From: a bacterium
Lineage (GTDB): Bacteria; Oederibacteriota; CAKKQC01
Direction: 5' to 3'
Assembly: GCA_919901855.1 (NCBI GenBank)
Contig: CAKKQC010000008.1
Location: forward strand, 20,345 to 84,344
DNA: 64,000 bases
The position numbers and the translations under genes are program-made. The stretch's first letter is position 1. Each line of letters begins with the position of its first letter. The notes under the pieces were generated by a model. That model searched no databases, was not told the origin of the DNA, and was given only the letters and a program-made list of their open reading frames with translations. This document shows, in pieces, positions 19,522-28,015 of this stretch.

Positions 19522-20679
19522 ATGGACGCCCTGGCGGCCACCCTGGCCCGGCACGAGGAAGAACTCGCGGCCGGTTGGCTGACCCGCCTGGCAGCGATTG
19601 GGGGTGACCCCTTTGGGGGAACCCGGTGGACCGATCCCGCCAGGGAAGTGCGCATCGCGCTCAACGCCCTCATCGCCATACTGGAATCGGCCGACACGAA
19701 GCCCGCCGAAGAGCAGGCCGCGCGACTCGCTCGTCTGCCCTCCCAGCGCGGCGCCGGGGTCATGGCCACCATCCGCGGCTGCTACGCCCTCTTCGAGCCC
19801 CTTCGCCCGATCCTCGAGCGCGCGTACGTGGAACGTCCCCACGAGCTCCCAGGGGACATCGTGAGGCTCCGGGACGCCGTGGCGACGCTGACCGGCATCC
19901 TCGCGACGGCTCATCTCCGGCAGGGCTTGGCGTGGCAGGACGAGTCGGACCGGTTCGCGCGCCAGCGGCTCAACGGGCCCTTCGGCAAACTGGTCTCGGA
20001 CCTTCAGACGTTCCAGGCGGCCGCGGCCGAGCACCTCTCCATCCCGCTTCAGGAGAGCCTGCGAAACACCGTAACGTTCGGCCGGGACCTTCAGCGCGCG
20101 GCCGAGGGGCTGTTCATCCTGCACCGGCTCGGGGAAGGACGCCTCGATATCGCGAACGGACCGGTGCCGCTCGCGGAGACCCTCTCCCCCTCCGCCGAGG
20201 ATGCGCGGCGCCGGGCCTCGTTCGGCAACCGGACGTTCGTGTGGAAAGCCCCCGCTCCGGCCGTGTCAGCTACCGGCCATGCCGACATCCTGCGTCGCAC
20301 GTTCGCCCTGCTCCTCCTGCGCGCGATCGACGACACGCCCGAGGGTAACACGGTGAAGGCCGAGGTGCTCGACGATCCCGAGGCCGTGCGCATCGTGATC
20401 CGCGACGAAGGCGCGGGGGAGGAGCCCCCCGACGGCCGCGGGATCACGTTCGAGCACACGTTCGCCCGGATGGCGGCCGAGCACATGGAGGGACGGTTCG
20501 ACGTCTTCCATGAAGCCGGCCGCGGCACGATGGTCACGCTCAAGCTCCGCCGGGCCGCCGCAACCCCGGCGCCGAAGCCGGGGGCGGTCGCGGAGGACCC
20601 CACGCAGCCGAGCCCCAAGCTCGAGCTCAAGATCTCCCGGGGGACCCTGCCGCCGCCGCCGCCGCCCAGGACCGCCTGA
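19522..20679 (+). CDS. Degenerate histidine-kinase-like protein, paralog B
   Basis: Aligns with 7233-8555 (GDPFGG, PAEEQAARL..LP..RGAGV.ATIRG.YALFE). H-box His replaced (RQRLNGPF); G1-like IRDEGAG kept; ends GRGTMVTLKL. Confidence 0.6.
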   Translation: MDALAATLARHEEELAAGWLTRLAAIGGDPFGGTRWTDPAREVRIALNALIAILESADTKPAEEQAARLARLPSQRGAGVMATIRGCYALFEPLRPILERAYVERPHELPGDIVRLRDAVATLTGILATAHLRQGLAWQDESDRFARQRLNGPFGKLVSDLQTFQAAAAEHLSIPLQESLRNTVTFGRDLQRAAEGLFILHRLGEGRLDIANGPVPLAETLSPSAEDARRRASFGNRTFVWKAPAPAVSATGHADILRRTFALLLLRAIDDTPEGNTVKAEVLDDPEAVRIVIRDEGAGEEPPDGRGITFEHTFARMAAEHMEGRFDVFHEAGRGTMVTLKLRRAAATPAPKPGAVAEDPTQPSPKLELKISRGTLPPPPPPRTA

Positions 20680-20695
20680 CCGGCCGCAGCCGGTC
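20678..20695. terminator. GC hairpin between convergent genes
   Basis: gaccggc-cgca-gccggtc; no U-tract. Confidence 0.35.
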
Positions 20696-20757
20696 GGTCA
20701 GGCGCGTCGAAGTCCTCCTGCCGCCCCCCCAGCTTCGACGGAAGCTCGTCCTCGAGC

Positions 20758-22710
20758 CTACTTTTCCTCGTACTGCCGCTTGAGCTGGGCGACCACGCCC
20801 GGATCGGCCAGCGTCGTCGTGTCCCCGAGCACGCGGCCTTCGGCCACGTCCCGCAGCAGGCGGCGCATGATCTTGCCCGACCGCGTCTTGGGAAGCTCCG
20901 AGGTGAAGAAGATATCCTCCGGCCGGGCGAGCGCGCCGATCTTCTTGACCACGTGCGCCTTGATCTCCTTGAGGAGCTCGTCGCTCGGCTGGATGTGCGC
21001 CTTGAGCGTCACAAACGCTGAAACCGCCTGGCCTTTCATCTCGTCCGCGCGGCCGATCACGGCGGCTTCCGCCACGGCGGGATGGTCCACGAGCGCGGAC
21101 TCGACCTCCATCGTCGAGATGCGGTGGCCCGACACGTTCATGACGTCGTCCACGCGCCCAAGGAGCCAGAAGAACCCGTCCTCGTCGCGCTTGGCCCCGT
21201 CGCCGGTGAAATAGAACACGCCCCGATATCGGTCCCAGTACGTCTGCTGGTACCGCTTGTCGTCGTTCAGGATCGTGCGGAGCATCCCGGGCCAGGGCTT
21301 GGTCAGCACCAGGTACCCGGCCGCGGCCGGATCGCCCGCGTCGTTTACGACCTCGGCCGAGATGCCGGGGAAGGCCAGGGTCGCGGACCCGGGCTTCGTC
21401 GCCGTGAGCCCGGGCAGCGGGGCGATCAGGATGCCGCCGGTCTCCGTCTGCCACCACGTGTCCACGATCGGGCACTTCTTGCGCCCGATGTGCTCCTGGT
21501 ACCACATCCACGCCTCCGGGTTGATCGGCTCCCCCACGGTTCCCAGCAGCCGCAGCGAGGAGAGGTCGCGTCCGGCCGGGTACGATTCCCCCCAGCGCAT
21601 GAACGTCCGGATCGCGGTCGGGGCCGTGTAGAAGATCGTGACCCGGTACTTCTCGACGATGCGCCAGAACCGGTCCTTGTCGGGGAAGTCCGGCGACCCC
21701 TCGTACATGAGGACGGTGGCGCCGTTGGCCAACGGGCCGTAGACGATGTAGGAATGCCCCGTCACCCACCCCACGTCCGCCGTGCACCAGAAGACGTCCT
21801 CTTCCTTGAGGTCGAAGATGAGCTTCGTCGTCGCGTACACGTGGGTCAGGTAGCCGCCCGTCGTGTGCACGATCCCCTTGGGCTTGCCCGTGCTGCCGGA
21901 CGTGTACAGGACGTAGAGCATGTCCTCGGCATCCATCGGCTCCGGCGGGCACGTGAGCGCCGCCTTCGCCATCTCCTCGTGGTACCAGACGTCGCGAGCG
22001 GGGTCGAACGACGCCCCCGCCGCCTCGCCCACGCGCCGGACCACGACCGTCTTCGTGATCGTCGGGCAGTCCTTGACCGCCTCGTCGGCCACGGCCTTGA
22101 GCGGCAGGATCTTGCCCCGGCGCCAGCCGCCGTCGGCCGTGATGAGGAGTTTCGCACCCGCGTCGTTGATCCGCTCGCGCAGGGACTCCGCCGAGAACCC
22201 TCCGAACACGACGCTGTGGACCGCCCCGATGCGCGTGCACGCGAGCATGGCGACGGCGGCCTCGGGGATCATGGGCAGGTAGATGTTGACCCGGTCGCCC
22301 TTGCCGATGCCGAGCCCCTTGAGCACGTTGGAGAACTTCGAGACCTCGCGGTGAAGGTCCGCGTACGTGAGCACCCGCTCGTCACCGGGCTCGCCTTCCC
22401 AGATGATCGCCGCCTTGTTCCGGCGCCAGCCGGCGAGGTGCCGGTCGAGGCAGTTCTCGGAGACGTTCAACTGCCCGCCGACGAACCACTGGGCGTGGGG
22501 CGGGTTCCAGTCGAGCACCTTCGTCCACGGCTTCGTCCACTTGAGCTCGCCGGCCATCCGCGCCCAGAACGCCTCGGGATCTTTCGCCGCCTCCGCGTAG
22601 ATCGCGCCGTCGCGCGCGTTCGCCTGGTCCGTGAAGGCCTTGGGGGGCGGGAACACCCGCTTCTCCTCCAGCAGGGCCCTGATCGCGCTCTGGGGATCCT
22701 CGGTTGGCAT
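20758..22710 (-). CDS. acs: Acetyl-CoA synthetase
   Basis: [64 protein letters not shown] precedes ATG 22710. Confidence 0.96.
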   Translation of the reverse strand: MPTEDPQSAIRALLEEKRVFPPPKAFTDQANARDGAIYAEAAKDPEAFWARMAGELKWTKPWTKVLDWNPPHAQWFVGGQLNVSENCLDRHLAGWRRNKAAIIWEGEPGDERVLTYADLHREVSKFSNVLKGLGIGKGDRVNIYLPMIPEAAVAMLACTRIGAVHSVVFGGFSAESLRERINDAGAKLLITADGGWRRGKILPLKAVADEAVKDCPTITKTVVVRRVGEAAGASFDPARDVWYHEEMAKAALTCPPEPMDAEDMLYVLYTSGSTGKPKGIVHTTGGYLTHVYATTKLIFDLKEEDVFWCTADVGWVTGHSYIVYGPLANGATVLMYEGSPDFPDKDRFWRIVEKYRVTIFYTAPTAIRTFMRWGESYPAGRDLSSLRLLGTVGEPINPEAWMWYQEHIGRKKCPIVDTWWQTETGGILIAPLPGLTATKPGSATLAFPGISAEVVNDAGDPAAAGYLVLTKPWPGMLRTILNDDKRYQQTYWDRYRGVFYFTGDGAKRDEDGFFWLLGRVDDVMNVSGHRISTMEVESALVDHPAVAEAAVIGRADEMKGQAVSAFVTLKAHIQPSDELLKEIKAHVVKKIGALARPEDIFFTSELPKTRSGKIMRRLLRDVAEGRVLGDTTTLADPGVVAQLKRQYEEK

Positions 22711-22823
22711 GTCAGCACTTCCTCCTTGCTGCTCGGTGGTTCGGGGGCTATTGAACCAGATCGTCCCACTCATGACAACCGTCAGCCTGGTGGCTGAGTT
22801 GCATCATATATACAGCGCCAGCC

Positions 22824-23672
22824 TCAGCGCGGGTGGGATTCCCCCAGCAGGACCTTGAGGTCCCGGGCGTTGCGCACCGCATGGCCCTCGGGATGGTTAT
22901 TGAAGAAGGCGAACTGGCCCGACGCCTCGTGCGCCATGGCGCGGACCTTGGGCACCCACGCCTCGAGTTCGTCCGGGCGGTAGTGGTAGCGGTAGCGCTC
23001 CCCGGGAGACCGACCTCCCGTCTCGTCGTGTCCGATCGGTTGCGAGGGATCCGGCGCGGTCGGACTCCACCATGCGGCTCTGTTCCGGCCGTGGAACCGG
23101 ACGTACCCGACCGGCCCCGTGACCTCGGCCACCGGCGGCGGCAGGTTCGGCAGTTCGGGCTCGTCGACACAGCACAGGGAGATCGCGTGCTTCTTGAGCC
23201 ACGCGATGCCATCGGGCACGAACCAGTCCTTGTGCCGGAACTCGGCAATTACGGGAGCTCCCGTGATCCGGCCCACCAACTCGCGCACATAAGTGGCGTT
23301 CGGCGGGTTGGCCTTGAACGAGTACGGGAATTGGAGCAGGACACCGCCGAGCTTGCCCCCATCGACGAACGGCTTGAGCGCCATCTTGAACGAAGGGAGC
23401 ATCTCCTCGGCCGCCTTCCCCCGCTGGTGCGTGAGCGCCTGGTGGGCCTTCACCACGAACGAGAACCCCGGCGGCGTCCGCCGGACCATGCCCTCGAGGG
23501 ACTTCAGCGCGGGCAGTTGGTAGAACGTGGCGTTCAGCTCGACCGTGTCGAACTCGGCCGCGTAGTGCTCGAGGAACTTCCCCTTGGGGAGCTTGTCGGG
23601 GTAGAACACGCCCCGCCACTCCTCGTACGAGTACCCGCACGTCCCGATCCGGATTGCCGAAGTCCCTACCAC
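22824..23672 (-). CDS. DUF72 family protein (YecE-like)
   Basis: IGTCGYSY.EW.GVFYP, VELNATFY, LLQFPYSF, EFRHKDW, YVRFHGRN, FFNNH. Confidence 0.9.
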   Translation of the reverse strand: MVGTSAIRIGTCGYSYEEWRGVFYPDKLPKGKFLEHYAAEFDTVELNATFYQLPALKSLEGMVRRTPPGFSFVVKAHQALTHQRGKAAEEMLPSFKMALKPFVDGGKLGGVLLQFPYSFKANPPNATYVRELVGRITGAPVIAEFRHKDWFVPDGIAWLKKHAISLCCVDEPELPNLPPPVAEVTGPVGYVRFHGRNRAAWWSPTAPDPSQPIGHDETGGRSPGERYRYHYRPDELEAWVPKVRAMAHEASGQFAFFNNHPEGHAVRNARDLKVLLGESHPR

Positions 23673-23730
23673 CCTATCGCGACACCCGACTACTCATGAA
23701 GCGGAAGGACTTCCATGCCCCCTACACATA

Positions 23731-23853
23731 GAGGGGACGGGACGGAGGGGACGGACGGAGGGGACGGGACGTAGTTGCATAGTTGCATAACTCGGTCAAG
23801 CGTGCGGGATGTCTCAGCGCGGTCATGGAAATGCAACTATGCAACTACGTCCC
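23731..23853. repeat. Short GAGGGGACGG tandem array followed by a perfect 23-bp inverted repeat (REP/REPIN-like)
   Basis: gggacgtagttgcatagttgcat (23766-23788) and its exact reverse complement (23831-23853). Confidence 0.85.
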
Positions 23854-23872
23854 CTAGAATGCCATAGCTCGA

Positions 23873-23921
23873 GGGACATCCTTCGGATCACCGGATTCCT
23901 CCGGCTCGTGCGCCGGGCCCC
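23873..23921. repeat. 49-bp direct repeat, copy 1
   Basis: gggacatccttcggatcaccggattcctccggctcgtgcgccgggcccc; 47/49 identical to 24958-25006. Confidence 0.9.
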
Positions 23922-23958
23922 AGAACGGTCGCGCGCCGCGTCATGCCTCACCAGAGCG

Positions 23959-24303
23959 TCAGGCCTTGGGACCGAGCTCACGGAGAAGCCTTGCGATATC
24001 GGATTCGAGCCGGGGGATGTCGGTCACGACCGTCTCCCATACGAGCGGCGCATCGACGACGGCGTAATCATGGATGAGCTTGTCTCGCATGCCTGCTGCC
24101 TTGCGCCATTCGACCTCGGGGTGGAGTGCTTTCAGCCGATCCGAGACCCGCTTGGCCGCCTCCCCGATGATCTCGAGGTTCCGGTACACAGCATCCTGCA
24201 TCATACGATCGGAAGAGAACCGTTCCCTGCCATCCTTCGTGTAATTCTTGATCATCGCGATCGCATCCCGCATGTGGGCCAGGAAGACCGCGTCGTCCTT
24301 CAC
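23959..24303 (-). CDS. hepT: HepT-like HEPN ribonuclease toxin (DUF86)
   Basis: [15 protein letters not shown] and RDKLIHDY (RX4HxY); overlaps the upstream nucleotidyltransferase stop. Confidence 0.9.
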   Translation of the reverse strand: MKDDAVFLAHMRDAIAMIKNYTKDGRERFSSDRMMQDAVYRNLEIIGEAAKRVSDRLKALHPEVEWRKAAGMRDKLIHDYAVVDAPLVWETVVTDIPRLESDIARLLRELGPKA

Positions 24304-24590
24304 AAAGGGACGGCCTCCGCAAAGATGCGGTCCTTCAGGTAGGGGCTGACACCACGCTCGCTCACCACATCGACTTCGCGTCCGAGCAGGTCACCGACAT
24401 CCTGCCCAAAGCCGATGAGATCGAATAGCGAGCGGCCATCTCGAAAAGCCACGAGCAGGTCCAGGTCACTCTCGGCTCCCGCATCCCCGCGCGCGAAGGA
24501 ACCGAACACGCGAACCCGCTCCACCCCGTATCGGGCGGCCAGACGCATGATTTCCTCGCGGCAAGGCCCGATCAGCTCCTGTATTCCCAC
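24300..24590 (-). CDS. mntA: MntA-like minimal nucleotidyltransferase antitoxin
   Basis: [19 protein letters not shown] (GSX10DXD), [13 protein letters not shown]. Confidence 0.9.
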   Translation of the reverse strand: MGIQELIGPCREEIMRLAARYGVERVRVFGSFARGDAGAESDLDLLVAFRDGRSLFDLIGFGQDVGDLLGREVDVVSERGVSPYLKDRIFAEAVPL

Positions 24591-24659
24591 AGCGATTTCA
24601 TTATGCCACAGGGGACCTCAAGGCCAAGCTCCATCGCACGAATGCGGTATCCTGTTGGT

Positions 24660-24860
24660 ATGAGTCGGCGGGGCGTCCGAGCCCGAGATGCGGCGGTGGA
24701 GAAGCGATCCGTGGCGGGAGCGGGGCGGAAGAGGCTGCTCGCCTTGACCCGCTCGGCCGCTACTGGCGCTCCCACGGACTTGGCCCGCAACCACGACCAT
24801 TACCTCTACGGCGCGCCACGGCGCGGTTCCCGCCGACGGCGGCGCAGCCGACCCGAGTAG
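24660..24860 (+). CDS. Small antitoxin-like protein (VapB-type C-terminal motif), possibly a remnant
   Basis: DLARNHDHYLYG, a motif I associate with antitoxins of PIN toxins; TATCCT-N6-ATG upstream; no PIN gene follows. Confidence 0.45.
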   Translation: MSRRGVRARDAAVEKRSVAGAGRKRLLALTRSAATGAPTDLARNHDHYLYGAPRRGSRRRRRSRPE

Positions 24861-24957
24861 CCAGCCCACCGGGGGCAGTGTCCCACAGCTCCAATTGCGC
24901 GGGGGGCGCGGGAACGGGCGGGGCCTTCAACGCCCCGGGCGAGATCAGCAGGGCTCG

Positions 24958-25006
24958 GGGACATCCTTCGGATCACCGGATTCCTCCGACTCGTGCGCCG
25001 GGTCCC
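24958..25006. repeat. 49-bp direct repeat, copy 2
   Basis: gggacatccttcggatcaccggattcctccgactcgtgcgccgggtccc; starts GGGAC and ends GTCCC. Confidence 0.9.
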
Positions 25007-25082
25007 GAGACAGCCGCGGCGCGCATCATCTCGTCCCCCCGATCCTTCCGGGCGTCTTCCACGACCGTCAACCGTCACGCCG

Positions 25083-25289
25083 CTACCATTCCCGCGTCAA
25101 CCATGCCCCGTACTCGACCGCCTGCGAGATATCCGCACGCTCCAGGTCGGGATAGCCCTTGAGGATCTCCTCGAACGGAATGCCGTGGGCCACCTGTCCG
25201 ACGATCCCGGACACGGGGATCCGCATCCCCCTGATGCATGCGCGCCCCCCCATGATCCGCGGGTCAAAGGTGATCCTGTCGAATGTCAT
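25083..25289 (-). CDS. DUF433 family protein (antitoxin-like)
   Basis: RITFDPRIMGGRACIRGMRIPV...EEIL.GYPDL...DI.QAVEY; ATG overlaps the upstream stop (ATGA). Confidence 0.88.
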   Translation of the reverse strand: MTFDRITFDPRIMGGRACIRGMRIPVSGIVGQVAHGIPFEEILKGYPDLERADISQAVEYGAWLTREW

Positions 25290-25609
25290 GCCGCCTTCGC
25301 GGCCGGCTTGAACCTGAAGCCAAGCTCGAGCCTGCCCTTGCACGCGGCCGCAATGTGGGCCAAGAGCGGCAGGGTGGGCGTGCGCGTGTCGCTGCCACTC
25401 TCGAGCCTGGCGATCACGCTCTGCGTGCTCCCGATCTTCCTCGCCAGCGCGGCCTGCGTGAGGTGCGCCCGCCGCCGCGCCTCCCGCACCGCGAGGGCGA
25501 TCTTGGTCCTCGCCCGCTCCTGCTCGTAGTGGAACCTGACCTCGGGATCCTTCAGGAGCTTCCTGAAGAACGGACCCGAGGATTCGTACCGCTTCGCCCG
25601 TCCGTTCAT
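25286..25609 (-). CDS. XRE-family HTH protein (HigA-like antitoxin/regulator)
   Basis: ARRRAHLTQAALARKIGSTQSVIARLESG...PTL; SD AGGAGG upstream. Confidence 0.85.
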   Translation of the reverse strand: MNGRAKRYESSGPFFRKLLKDPEVRFHYEQERARTKIALAVREARRRAHLTQAALARKIGSTQSVIARLESGSDTRTPTLPLLAHIAAACKGRLELGFRFKPAAKAA

Positions 25610-25672
25610 GCGCCAAGCACCTCCTGTCCCCTACTCTATACCCCTCTGGCTATGTCTTACACCACTCCCATT

Positions 25673-27964
25673 TCAACCCCATAGCTTCATCTGCCCCGGT
25701 ACATCATGGCATCTGGGACCCCCGGCGCGCCGGGCAGACGGCTCGGGCGGAAGCCGGGCCGGCTGAAGCAGCGCCTGCAGGGAGGCCAGCGGCCAGCCGA
25801 AGGGGGCGAGGACCGTGGCGGCGGCGCGGAGGGCGAGCGCGACGTAGGCCTCGGTGTCATAGGGCTCCCCGCCTTCGCGGACCTGGAGCGCGAGCGGCCG
25901 GTCCGTGCCCAGGACGTACGCGACCTTCTCCCCCGCCTCCAGCACCGCCCCGCGGCTCACCAACTGCTGGGCCGCCACCGCCACCGGGGTCGGCCGCGCG
26001 TACTCGAGCGGGCCCTTGGACAGGTGCCGGTGGATGGCGAGGTCCGGCCCCCGGAGCCGGCCAGACCGGATCGTCTCCGCCGCCTCCCGGACCCGGTCCA
26101 CGAGGCCTGCCGCGATCACGCGGGCTTCCGCCACGGACGCCGACTTCGCCAGCTCCTCGACCAGCCCCACCTGCAGCGCGCGCACGAACGGGGCCGCGTC
26201 CACGCGCCGCGCTTCGATCCCGCGCGCCTTGACCTCGCCGCTCTCGAAGACGCCCAGATACCGCTGGGCCACCCCGCGCCGCTCGTCCGCCGTGCTCGGC
26301 AGGAACGCGATCCAGCGGTAGACGCCCTCGACCGCGATCGGGAGCCCCGAGCGCCGCTCGATCTCGGCCGCCAGCGCCTCGCACTCCGACACCGTCACGC
26401 GTCCCGTGGGCTTCTCGACCCAGAGGCTGTCCACGATCCCGTGGATCATCCGGTAGCCCAGGTCCTCGGCCGCCTCCTTCGCGCGCAGGAGGGCCTCCCG
26501 CCCCCACGCCGTCGTCGCCTCGTGCGCCTCGATCCGGCCGAACCGGGCGTTGCGGTAGCCCAGGTACCCGAAGGAACAGACGAGGAGCCACTTGTGCGCG
26601 GAGACGCGCGCCTTCGCCCGGGCCCGCCCGGCCTCCGTCGGCGCGGACTTCTTCAGCTCCTTGTACTTGGCCCGCTTCACGAGGAGCGGCGCGAGCACGC
26701 GCGGGATGAGCCCCTGGCGTTTCCGGCACGACCGCAGGCCGGTCTCGGGGATGAGGTCCCCGTCCTCGCGACAGCACGGGCATCCGACGGTCTCGGGCGA
26801 GAGGTTGTGCCCCACCATGATCGCGGGATACATCGAGGCGAAGTCGAGCTCCCCCGCCCCCTCGTGCACGCCCGGTTCCGGCTGGAAGACCAGCCCGCCC
26901 TTGTCCACGGTCAGGAGTTCCTCGCCCGTCTTGAACGACTCCGTCTGCGCCTTGTCCACGGGGATGAGGATGCCGTCGGCGACCGCCTGCGCCAACTGCA
27001 TCGACGAGATCCCGGTCCCCGTGCTCGTCCGCGCGCTCACCTGCACCGGGAGCCGCGAGAGCCGGGCGGTCTCGAAGAGGCCGTCGAACCCGGTCTCGTC
27101 CAGCGTGAACGAGTTTCGCTGGTCGAGGTGAAGCCGGCCGTGCAGGATCCAGGTCTGGTCCCGGTGCACGATGCGGCCGTAGGTGAAGTAGCTCCGGGAG
27201 TCGCTCACCTTCGGCGGCCGCGAGTCGTCGCGGTTGAGGTGGAGGGGGATGCCGTGGCGCTCCGAGAGCTCCCGGAGCCGCGGCAGGAGCCAGCCGTCGC
27301 CGTACTCGGTCAGCAGGAGGTCGGGGTCGTACTCACGGAGCAGCCCGTTGATCCGGTCGAGCATGGCGGCCGGGTCGTCGCCGTCGAGGACCCGGACCTC
27401 GCCCCCGGCCAGGTGGACCTCGATCGAGCCAGCATACCGGCCGTGCGCGGGATGGCCCCCGGTCCCCTCGGCCCGCAGCCCCAGCGTCGCGAACGGCGGG
27501 ATCTCGTAGTCGAGGTCCCAGATCGAGTCCAGGCACTCGAGCCCGCGCAGGATCTCCCCGTCGATCTCCACCCGGACCCGGGCCAGCGGGTGCCGGACGG
27601 TCTCGTAGAACCAGAGCCGGTCGGCCGCTATGTCGGCGTTATAGAACGCGAAATCCGGGAAGGTCCGCATCGCCCCGGCCATGAGCCGCATGGCCCGCTC
27701 GGCGTCCCCGATCCGGATAGCGAAAACCGGGACCTCGCGGCCGGACATGAAGTCGCGGCGCACGGCTGGTTCGAGCTCCACAGGCACCCCCTGCGCCTCG
27801 ATCCACGCCCGGACCCGCTCCGTTTCCGCGGGCGCCGCCTTGAGATACGACGTGGGCCGCCACGGCTCGACGACCCGGACCCGCCGGCCGTCGTCCAGGA
27901 TCAGCCAGACCGTCATCCCCTCGGGGACGGCATAGGCATCCAGTAACCAACCCAGGGTATCCAC
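25673..27964 (-). CDS. Family B DNA polymerase, archaeal PolB2/Dpo2-like (variant motif C, degenerate 3'-5' exonuclease)
   Basis: Motif A ELDFASMYP..NLSPET; motif B KWLLVCSFGYLG; motif C HGIVDSLWV; RYLG, KARGIE.RR. Confidence 0.85.
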   Translation of the reverse strand: MDTLGWLLDAYAVPEGMTVWLILDDGRRVRVVEPWRPTSYLKAAPAETERVRAWIEAQGVPVELEPAVRRDFMSGREVPVFAIRIGDAERAMRLMAGAMRTFPDFAFYNADIAADRLWFYETVRHPLARVRVEIDGEILRGLECLDSIWDLDYEIPPFATLGLRAEGTGGHPAHGRYAGSIEVHLAGGEVRVLDGDDPAAMLDRINGLLREYDPDLLLTEYGDGWLLPRLRELSERHGIPLHLNRDDSRPPKVSDSRSYFTYGRIVHRDQTWILHGRLHLDQRNSFTLDETGFDGLFETARLSRLPVQVSARTSTGTGISSMQLAQAVADGILIPVDKAQTESFKTGEELLTVDKGGLVFQPEPGVHEGAGELDFASMYPAIMVGHNLSPETVGCPCCREDGDLIPETGLRSCRKRQGLIPRVLAPLLVKRAKYKELKKSAPTEAGRARAKARVSAHKWLLVCSFGYLGYRNARFGRIEAHEATTAWGREALLRAKEAAEDLGYRMIHGIVDSLWVEKPTGRVTVSECEALAAEIERRSGLPIAVEGVYRWIAFLPSTADERRGVAQRYLGVFESGEVKARGIEARRVDAAPFVRALQVGLVEELAKSASVAEARVIAAGLVDRVREAAETIRSGRLRGPDLAIHRHLSKGPLEYARPTPVAVAAQQLVSRGAVLEAGEKVAYVLGTDRPLALQVREGGEPYDTEAYVALALRAAATVLAPFGWPLASLQALLQPARLPPEPSARRAGGPRCHDVPGQMKLWG

Positions 27965-27999
27965 ATCGCCATGATAGTGAACGGGCGTTCACGTATCAA
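27962..27999 (-). promoter_or_regulatory. Leaderless sigma70 promoter with a LexA-type palindrome (GAAC-N4-GTTC) in the spacer
   Basis: Minus strand TTGATA (27994-27999)-cgtgaacgcccgttcac (17 nt)-TATCAT (27971-27976)-N6-GTG (27964); palindrome GTGAAC-N4-GTTCAC at 27977-27992. Confidence 0.8.
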
Positions 28000-28015
28000 G
28001 CAACCCGGCTCCGGG

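Noticed and set aside
22824-23672. DUF72 as part of the SOS module
   Set aside because: Near the polymerase and on the same strand, but I found no GAAC-N4-GTTC upstream of it and the TA islet separates them.
23873-25006. Integron attC sites or prophage att sites
   Set aside because: No integrase, tRNA or clear attC core boxes in the window; kept only as an unexplained direct repeat.
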